DNA of 45,636 nucleotides from Octopus sinensis (Eukaryota): NCBI RefSeq assembly GCF_006345805.1, contig NW_021835106.1, positions 1 to 45,636 of the forward strand, read 5' to 3'. Shown piece by piece: positions 11,881 to 22,369 of this stretch (position 1 is its first letter; each line of letters starts with the position of its first letter). The notes under the pieces were generated by a model. It saw only the letters and a program-made list of their open reading frames with translations, ran no database searches and was not told where the DNA came from. The position numbers and the translations under genes were made by a program.

Positions 11881-12148
11881 GTAAGTGAAGCAGAATAGAC
11901 AACAACAACAACAACACACGTTTATGTATAAGTAATAATCTTTTCTACTCTAGACAGAAGGCCTGGAATTTTGGTGTGTGGTAAGTCGATTACATCGACC
12001 CCACTACTCACCTGGTACTCAATTTATCGACCCCAAAACGATGGAAGGCAAAGTCGACCTCTGTGAAATTTGAACTCAGAACGTAGCGACATACGAAATA
12101 CCGCAAAGATTTCGCCCCGCACGCTAACGACTCTGCCAGCTCGAGACC

Positions 12149-12210
<62 letters not shown>

Positions 12211-13427
12211 TGAGACATGGCTACGGTTGCATAAAGGAAGTTTAAAATGGGAGAAATTTTTTAGTAGCAGCACGGGATCAAGTTTTAAGGACTAATTGGA
12301 TAAACACCAAGATATACAAAAACCAATTAGATTCCAAATGTAGCCTATGCAAATCAAAGGAAGAAGGCATTTCTCATATAGTAATTGAATATAGCATGAC
12401 GTCACAGAAAGAATTCAAGAAAATATATGACATCTTCGGTAGAGTAATCCACTGGGATTTGTGTGGACATCTAGGATTTTTAACATGCTGACAAATGGTA
12501 TGAACACGAACCTGGAAAAGTATTAGAAAGTAAGAAATATAAGATGTTGTGGGAGTTCGTCATTCAGACTGACAGTAATAGAAGCTAGAAGGCCTGATTT
12601 GGTAGCAGAAGATAAAGAGAATAGAAAGTGCCAGATAACCGACTTTACGGTCCCAAATGATGAAAACATTAATATGGGAAGTATAGAAAAAAAATGAGGC
12701 CCAATGGCCCACTGGTTAGGGCAGCGGACTCGCGGTCATAGGATCGCGGTTTCGATTCCAGACCGGGCGTTGTGAGTGTTTATTGAGCGAAAACACCTAA
12801 AAAGCTCCACGATGCTCTGGCAGGGGATGGTGGTGATCCCTGCTGTGCTCTTTCACCACAACTTTCTCTCACTCTTACTTCCTGTTTCTGTTGTACCTGT
12901 ATTTCAAGGGGCCGGCCTTGTCACTCTCAGTGTCACACTGAATTTCCCCGAGAACTACGTTAAGGGTGCACGTGTCAGTGGAGTGCTCAGCCACTTACAC
13001 GTTAATTTCACGAGCAGGCTGTTCCATTGATTCGGATCAACCGGAACCATCATCGTCGTAACCAACGGAGTGCTTCCATCCATAGAAAAAATAGCAGAGT
13101 ACCAGGACGTAGCCATTGAATTACCGAAACTATGGAAAGTGCGGGTAAAATGCGTCCCAGTAGTTATAGGAGCATTGGAAACTATCCCTAAAGGTCTGAA
13201 CAGATGGAGAGAGGACATAGGCAGAAAACCCAGTTTCGTACAGCTCCAGAAAACAGTGTTATTATGGACAGCTAAGAAGCTTAGGAGGGATCTTGGCATC
13301 TAAGGTTACTTGCTGCAACCCAATAGGTGGGTTCTTGATATTTAAGGCGGCTTGTAGACCCCTGTTGGGTCTTTTCTTTTCTAACAGTCTGGCTGGTTGT
13401 GTGTATATGAATAATAATAATAATAAT

Positions 13428-13487
<60 letters not shown>

Positions 13488-13593
13488 TAATAATGATGGT
13501 GATGATGATGATGATGATGTTGGTGTTGATGATCATAATGATGATAATGATGATGATGATGATGTGTGATGATGATGATGATGATGATGATGT

Positions 13594-13657
<64 letters not shown>

Positions 13658-13941
13658 AATGATGATTTCCAAATTGCCACAGAGGGCAAGTAATTCTGGG
13701 TCGGGGATAAGTCGATTACATCGACCCCAGTGAACATCTGTTACTTATTCAATCGACCCGGAAGCGATGAAAGGCAAAGTTGACGTCTGTGGTGTTTGAA
13801 CTTAGAAAGAACAGACGCTGTCGAAATGACACCCGGTGTGGTAACTATCTGTCATTATGATGATGATCATGATGATGATGATGATGATGAAAGAATTCTG
13901 ATTGTTATATATAATTGTGTTATTTCTGTTCTGCTTTCCAG

Positions 13942-14061
13942 CCGTCGGAGGAGCGTGCAGATGGAATCGGTGCGGGAGAAATGGTAGATGCGTCAAGAGA
14001 GGAACCTCTTTCACTTGTTACTGCAGACGGGGCTATTATTTCAATAGAAGAACATGTGTTG
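13942..14061 (+). CDS. EGF-like exon A3: [40 protein letters not shown]
   Basis: Duplicate of A2 with 1 substitution, canonical splice sites, 120 nt. Confidence 0.85.
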
Positions 14062-14131
14062 GTAAGTAAAGGACAAACAGCAGCTACAAGAACAATATAC
14101 ACACGTATATCTATAAGCAATTGGCTGGGAG

Positions 14132-14169
<38 letters not shown>

Positions 14170-14178
14170 TAATAATAA

Positions 14179-14209
<31 letters not shown>

Positions 14210-14529
14210 AAGAAGAAGAAGAAGAAGAAAAAAGATAATAATAATTAATTCGTTTATTAGCCACAAGGGCTAACAAGAATCAATTATAAAATAAAGGGAC
14301 AAAACACAGGACGAAAGTTACAAAGGGTTTTTCCGTTTGAAAAAATCCGCGTAAAAAACAGTGTAACAACGAACATATTTAATGTCACAAACTTTGGGGC
14401 AATGGGACTAGTCGATTACATTGACCCCAGTGTATAACTGGTGCTTATTACATCAACCCACCCACCCATAATAATACATCTGTTTTATATACATGCAATT
14501 AAGTGCAATAAATTTGTTTTCATTTGCAG

Positions 14530-14657
14530 ATGTAAACGAGTGCAGAAGGAGGTTTCGATGCGGTAGAAACGGGAGATGCGTCAACACAATAGGGTCCTAC
14601 AAATGTTTGTGTAAACCAGGGTTCCGTTTCAATGGGAGAACATGTGTTCGTAGATAA
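14530..14657 (+). CDS. cbEGF exon C2: [40 protein letters not shown](RR-stop or weak donor)
   Basis: Duplicate of C1 with 4 substitutions and the same C|GTAGATAA end (stop at 14655-14657). Confidence 0.85.
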
Positions 14658-15052
14658 AGCACACAACAACAACAAAGCGTGTAAGTATAAGTAATTGGGT
14701 TGAATTCTTCGGGGTTTCGATAATTCATCTTTGGAATCGTGGGTGTTTCGTTCAACATCCTTAAACAACCCTTATTCAGGAAATTTTTTAAAGGGATAGG
14801 CTACTCGACCAAAAGAAAATTCTAACTGGGCCCTCCCCTCCCCAGAAAGGTCAGGTGCTATTTATCTTCATATGAGGTCACCATGTCGCGCACATATGGT
14901 TGTGATGCATATGCCTGGTCTACCCTTATCAGACGGGTATTCATGATGGGTATACTTGGCTTCTTATATTTTACCCCAGTGTCACTTTGATGGCATGCAC
15001 TGCTCTCTAACTCAATAATAATAATAATAATAATATAATAATAATAATAATG

Positions 15053-15106
<54 letters not shown>

Positions 15107-15121
15107 TAATAATAATAATAG

Positions 15122-15203
<82 letters not shown>

Positions 15204-15568
15204 GTAATAAGCCATTCTACTATGGGAACAAGGCTTGAACTTTGTGGAGGAGGTGGTGAAGTGGATTACATAGACCCCAGTCTAGAACTAGTTCTTAATT
15301 CATCGATCCCGAAGGACGAAAGGCAAAGTTGATCTCGGCGGGATTTTAACCCAAAACATTAATACGGTCGACTTGCCTCCAAGCATTTTGTCCGGCGTGT
15401 TAACGATTCGTCCGTCCTTGACTGGTACTTATTTTATCGACCGCGGAGGGCTGAAAGGAAAAGTCGACCTCGGTGGAATTTGAAATCAGTACGTTAAATG
15501 AACGGGCAAAATGTCGCCAAGCATTTTACCCGGCGTGTTAATGACTCTGCCATCTCACCGCCTTCACC

Positions 15569-15608
<40 letters not shown>

Positions 15609-15679
15609 TGGTTCTAAGTTTTGACGTTTCAGTATATCTACTAAAATTTTCTTCTCAAGTAATATGCAGGAGAGATATC

Positions 15680-15760
15680 ATCACCACTGCTTTGGCAAGA
15701 TATGTATGGATCCTGAAAGAACCCACCGCACAATATTACATTAAGTGGAGTCTGTCAGAG
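15680..15760 (+). mobile_element. Short Penelope-like element remnant (segment following the GIY-YIG core)
   Basis: Translates to ITTALARYVWILKEPTAQYYIKWSL, resembling the T-x-L-S-K-Y-I/V-W-x-L-K…Y-x-I-K-W-S-I motif of PLE C-termini. Short, so uncertain. Confidence 0.5.
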
Positions 15761-16012
15761 TAGAACAGACTTAGCTGAACATCAGAAGGTTCTGAAAATT
15801 CTGTTTACCAGGGAAAGGAAACAGTAACATATCCCGCCACCCCTGAACTATTCAAATGAGCGTTTCTTATCTTGACCTCCTGAACGCAAGATTATAATAA
15901 ACCCTTTTGTGGGATGCTCCATTAGTATAGCGTTCGCTTCTTACATTTTTGTATATTGTTACATATTTTTTAAATTTTTGCTTATATTTATTTATTTGTG
16001 TCTTATTTTCAG

Positions 16013-16269
16013 GTATCGGCTAATTTTAACGAATTTTAAAATATTCCCAGCAGGAAATATCTGTCGGTCACATTCCTAGCAAGACATCTCCCGCCTGATT
16101 TATCTCCGTATGACCTACATCGCCAGTTATTACCAGGTTATCTTCGATGAAGTTTACAGAGAAGACTATCCCCTCATCCAAATATCTCAATTATATCTTA
16201 GTACTATATTAACGTAATTTAGCTTTCTCTGATCATTATATTAATTGAATATATTAATTAATAAATAAA
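16013..16269 (+). CDS. Possible terminal exon of the EGF gene: codes xGT ATC GGC TAA (R/G-I-G-stop, 16013-16023) followed by 3' UTR
   Basis: Strong pyrimidine tract and acceptor tatttatttgtgtcttattttcAG| (16012), compatible with phase 1. Overlapping AATAAA signals at 16260-16269. No transcript evidence. Confidence 0.45.
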
Positions 16270-16419
16270 AGGTTATTTTAATCAAAAAATCGTTTGGCTC
16301 TCTGACTTTTATTGAGTAACATTTCGGCGTTTGTTCTACTTTAATTTCAAACACACACACACACACACACAAACATATATATATGTCTGTGTGTTTGTGT
16401 GTGTGCGTGTGCGTGCCCG

Positions 16420-16453
<34 letters not shown>

Positions 16454-16554
16454 CGTGACTGTCTTTTTATGTGCTTGAATGTGTTTATATAGATAGATAT
16501 ATACAATGATGTGTACACACAGACAGAAATATTTCAGTTCCGATATGCAAATTC

Positions 16555-16639
<85 letters not shown>

Positions 16640-17343
16640 ATATACCAAATTGTTTTGCTATTAGTGCCTTATTTTTAGTGTAACCACCTTTGAAAGACAT
16701 CGACTTACCTTTAGAATGAAAAAAGGGGTTTAAATAACGGTTATCTCCCTTCCTCTGTTTGGTGTTGGTGTATAAACTAAAACTGATATCGTTTATATCC
16801 TTACAGCTAGATATCATGTCTCCCTTACTAAAGGTAGAATAAGAATGAATGCAATCAATGTAGATAACTTTATCTGTATAAACTGCTTTAAGTAAGGCAG
16901 GGGTATAAAATTGAGCCTTGTCGTTAAAAATGCCTACATTCGCAGAGAACTTAGAAAATCTAAATGAAATATTCTTAACTAAGTTCTTAGTGATCGCCCT
17001 AGAATTGGCTAATATACTTAAGGTTGGTCGATGGCTTGTGGTATGGGACGTAAGAATTATTGTGTAAGTTAAGTTGGCTTTCGTTACATCATCCTAAAGA
17101 CAATGCCTAAACCCATTCTACGGAAAAAAAAACTTAACTGAAGTATTCTTAACATTTTGTACTTTTTGGTCAGAAACATTTTTGAGGTAAAGTAAACAAT
17201 CAACACGATATAGACCTCTATTGATGTTTGGGAACTGGTCTACCATTTCAGAAAGTATATATATTCAGACCAAATCAGCTACTTGTGCTGAAGCAGATCT
17301 TCCCATCGTGATATCAAAACCATCGGGTGTATCTTTATGGACC

Positions 17344-17383
<40 letters not shown>

Positions 17384-17418
17384 GATATTTATATATATAC
17401 ACGCGCATACGTTCATGA

Positions 17419-17464
<46 letters not shown>

Positions 17465-17842
17465 TTTATATATATATATCTCAGAGGCGATTCAGTGTCA
17501 CACGGGCTCATCACAGATTTCGTACAAGACACATTTCTACTCGAAGAATTTCACGTTTTCCCGCTTTATTTCTAGCCCCAAATGGCTTATTTTTTCACAT
17601 CTAACGCTATGTCTTTCTCCGTTTCTAAGTTAAGGATTACAAGAAAGCAACCCTGCAAAACACAACTGATTTTTGCGCACAAATGCACAGAATAACAGCA
17701 ATCAAATTACGACAGCAGAGTGCACAAGCAAACACCAGCGATCTGACTGTCGCTTGTAATCTTGACAAGAGATGCCAGTTTCTCTTTTACACCTTCCAGG
17801 CTCGTTCCTATTAGCCCGAGTTGCTGGATAAATTTTCGTTCC

Positions 17843-18257
17843 GGGTCTTTTCTGTTTGAACGGCAGTTTTTTAAAATAATTTCCACGTAACTAAACACTT
17901 TTAAACTTCGTATACTGATAGAATGTGTTTATCAAACATCTTTTTCTCTTGGCTTTATTGAGAAAATTCTATAGTATGTAAGATATTTGTTGTTGTTTTT
18001 TTCTTCAATTTCTGCAATTTCAACCAATCAGTGACCTCTATTGAGGTAAAAAAACATTCTGTGCCGTATGAATATGTCCCTCGTTTAAGAAACAGATTGG
18101 GTTTATTTACATTTCTGAAGAAAAACAGATACCCTTCCCTCACCCCTAACCCTAAAACAGATTGAAATGCAATAGATCGATACTAGGGTCATAACTATGG
18201 GTGACAATTTCATATGCCATCGCTAGAAAAAAACTGCCGTTCAAACCGAAAAGATCC
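17843..18257. mobile_element. MITE (415 bp) with ~30-bp terminal inverted repeats and 8-bp TSD; possibly Merlin-type
   Basis: Left end GGGTCTTTTCTGTTTGAACGGCAGTTTTT; right end reverse-complements to GGATCTTTTCGGTTTGAACGGCAGTTTTT. TTCGTTCC is duplicated at 17835-17842 and 18258-18265. Confidence 0.9.
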
Positions 18258-18652
18258 TTCGTTCCTTTAAGAATATTACAGAACGGAAACTTTTCATGGA
18301 TTTTAATTTAAATATTAATCTCTCTAAAAATTTATAGTTTCAAGAAAACATTGCATTTGAATTAATTTTAATTTTTACGATTATTGATAAGAACTCGGGA
18401 TGTAACTTCTGAGACCGAGTCAGGCGCGTGTGAACGATGTCGAGAGAACGTCTGCTACGAATGATATTTTGACACAGACGGTGAACGAAAATAAACCAAC
18501 AGCGACCAGGCTCAATAAAAGGAGCACGAGTTATTGGCTGCAATTACATACTTGAAGTCAGTGTTGGCAGAAATGAAATCAGCTTATAAATACACGTCCA
18601 CCTTATTACATTTATATTCGGGCTAAGCTCGAACAGCCCGAGTGCCGGAGTC

Positions 18653-18694
<42 letters not shown>

Positions 18695-18908
18695 CAATAT
18701 AAGCAACGAGAATATCCAAAGGTAGTGTAGTTTACTCGTTTCATGCTACTTCATTTAATTAAACAATGTAAATATTACGTCAGTTTTAAAATGTAGAGCA
18801 CGCTTCAGCCACATATGGACATTTTAAATTAAATCGACAATATTCATTTTTATACTTATTCCATTTTCCAACATTACAAAGAGGGTAGATATATAGACAG
18901 AGAGATGA

Positions 18909-19002
<94 letters not shown>

Positions 19003-19034
19003 ATCTATCTATCTATCTTTCTATATACCTATAT

Positions 19035-19121
<87 letters not shown>

Positions 19122-20183
19122 ATATATATAATTAGTGAATGGAATAAAGGATATGTAATCTTTGTAACTCTGAGCTTTTCCACATATTGTTCGCCAGAGG
19201 CCGTTTGGTAAACGGGCTTTTACAGACTGCTTTTCGATGTCCCCATTGGCGGCGTCATACGTTTCTTACATATAAATGATACCTAAGACAATTAACACCT
19301 TGATATCCTAATAAAAGGAAATAAATTTTGAAAAAATTTTTTTTGAAAAAAATCTCTGAACAATTTTTGCAAGGGGAAATTACTCCCCTTGGGCGATTGG
19401 TCGGTTTTTAGAAGCAAGGGCAGGAGTTATATACCCCTCTGATTTTTGGCGATGTTAATTTAGATAAGCAGGCCACTGACGGACACACGAACACAGAATT
19501 ATTTCAGCCGCCTGACCGGCTATTTTCAGCAGTGCTCACTATCTCGCGCCCCACGCATACACAGGCTAGCATACACACACATGCATGTAGGTAGGTAGTG
19601 TCTCGCACCTAAATAATACACCCTGAATTCTTAAAATATTCAGAGCTTTAATTTTGGTTACACAGAATATCTTCACACCCCTTGTTTTCATTAATTCCTC
19701 ACCTACTAGATTTGACCGCGGCCTGACCTTGATTTATTCCAACGGACCTTTTTGTCGGCCTCCACCAACCCCCCGATTTCAACGTATATTGAGAAACAGT
19801 TTGCCCCAATACATGGGCTCTTAAGGAGCGTTATTGTTCGAATTGCTTGCTGCGCCTTTGTTTTTGTTTGGACATCGTAATTCCTGGATTTTCCTGAAGA
19901 GAAAGCTGCAATATGGTATCCTTATTCAATCAGAATTTGGAAAATTGTGGCCTTTGAAACATGTGTAGAATGTAATAAAAGGAATTCTGTACAGTCTTCG
20001 TTCAACTCCATTTCTTCCATTCACTAATTATATTAAACTTCAATTACCCGCACAAACGCACGGTTGCAACACCCTATGGTCATAACTCCAACCATGTTTT
20101 TTCTGCTGTGATTTTTGCTACCCAGGTATCGGTTAAACTTTTAAATAATCTGTAACAAGATAATTCATCTTTCCATTTCAACA

Positions 20184-20229
<46 letters not shown>

Positions 20230-20284
20230 CGGTGCCCCAGCATGGCCACAGCTCGTGAGATGAAACTAGATAAAATAAAAATAA

Positions 20285-20350
<66 letters not shown>

Positions 20351-22369
20351 ATAAATATTAGGGAATAAATCCAAATTTACAGGGAAAAAAATCAGATTTA
20401 GGATTAAATCCAATTTTATAGTAAAATATTATAAAATATTATAAAATATTATAAAATATTATTTATAATATAGGAGCTAATTGTTGTTATTTATGCTCTA
20501 ATGAGTTTAAAGAAATTTTATTTTATAAGTATGATAATTTACTTAATACTGGTGAAGAGCGCAAAATAAAATGCAGACACAAGTTACTTTACCTATATAA
20601 TAAGTTTCATGATAAATAGCAATAATAGTTCCCTTTTAGGTTACTTTAGTTTAGTTTAAATTAGTTTAGATAATATATTTTTGGTTATGTTGTCTAGGCT
20701 TTAATTATAGTTAGTCTTTATTGATATTTCTTTGTTTTAATTAGTTCATTTTTAATGTATATTAATTTAACAGTTTATGGTACGTTAAAACTTTAATAAT
20801 TTATATTAGATTTTTTTATTTTTTTATTTTTATTTTTATTTTATTTTATTATGTATTTTTATTTTGCATTTGTTATATGTATTGGAGGATATATTTATAT
20901 GTTTTGGGTGTTATTTAGTGGTGTTTTTATTGAGTTTTGTATGTATGTGTGAATGTTTAAGATCCCTTTGTATTTTGTTTTTTATTGTATGTTGAATTGA
21001 CAGATTTTATTTGGGTATTGTCTTTTATAATAAAGTACACACACCCATAACAAATATAAGTGCCCACTTCATTCGTTGTACTTGGGATTGCATGTGAGCC
21101 TCAGCATATGCACCTAACGGCCACTCCCGCCCCACATGGATAAATAAACACATACATCCCCAAAAATGGGAGTAATCCCATTCACACCAATTATATGTAT
21201 ACAATTATACACACTAGAATAATATATAACTAACCCAAATATACAGAACATACTAATAATCACCAACTAACCACCATCATAAATGAAACCCACACCCATA
21301 CAATGACAAAACTCCCCCCCATACCCTATTTACACCCACATAGTAATCCCAATATATTCATCCATACATGGACGCAAGTGCGTGAAGCACATGCACATAA
21401 TTAGTACGTACAACCCCTAATACACACTAATATATACGTATCAAGCTCGACCTCCACAGCGATACGTTTACACCCACTCACACCCAGATGGGTGAATTGC
21501 ACAACCAGTGAATGCTCACACACACGGGCGCGATTACATTGTTGCATATATCGAGCCAAAATAGTATGCATATGTACATGTGAGGGGTACACGCAAATGA
21601 AGTGAGCGTGTACCCCCTGCATTTATACCCGTGCGTGAATATACACATGGAGACTACCACATAGGTACAAATTGTTTAGAAATGGGAGCCCCATCACTAC
21701 ACTTAATGTATACTCTCACCCATCCGCACGGATGTGTAAGTGTATCTCCGGTGTATATGTTGAGGCTTATATGTAGCGTTGTGGAAGGGAACGTCGTTTA
21801 AATTGTGAATGAATAGGTGGAGTTGGGAATTGTAACCGGGTGGTGGACTAGCGTTGCTTGGAATTGTGAATGGATTAGTGTGGTAGTGAGGTATGCATCG
21901 AGAATAGTTATGGGTTACTGTAAGTTGTTTGTTAGAGCTGCTAGGGTGAGCTAAAGCTCATAAATGTATATAATGATTTTCATGGTAGTTTTTATAGAAT
22001 CCATTCATAATAAATTTTTTTAAGTAGCGTTGGTTTGCTACGTGATATAGTTTTTAGTTCCATTTATTATATTTCTCCATTCATATTTTGAATGACGTTT
22101 ACTTTCTATGGCGCGTATTCTTTTTTTACATAAGTTATTTCTATGGTAACGTAATTTTTGTTTGGTTTTTTAACGGCTAAGAATTTAATTTCACTTCATA
22201 ATTTGTAACTGAATTGTAAGTATGTATTTGATTTATCCTTATGTCATATTGTTATTTTTGATATTCTGGTTAATTACGATGTATTTAATGTTGTTTTCAT
22301 AGGAGTGTTTATGTATATGAGATTGGTTGTGAGTTTTTAGTTGTATAATTAATTTATTTATCTGTATGA

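Larger units (their letters stand above)
6857..15205 (+). repeat. Recent tandem segmental duplication, 2 copies of ~4.19 kb, each carrying exons B-A-C
   Basis: Matching exons are offset by 4185, 4188 and 4189 bp. Introns, SINEs and the R4 fragment are near-identical apart from microsatellite length and one divergent stretch before exon C. Confidence 0.95.

Noticed and set aside
5904-14276. ORF-track proteins over the EGF exons (MCYFCSAFQPSEERADG…, …RQKRVQREVCVRK…, MFKDVERN…)
   Set aside because: They are wrong-frame or antisense readings running into intron microsatellites. The phase-1 frame gives six-Cys EGF domains.
19740-19800. Possible Tc1/mariner WPPxSPDLN-like motif (PPPTPDFN)
   Set aside because: The match is too weak and no other transposase motifs or TIRs were found.
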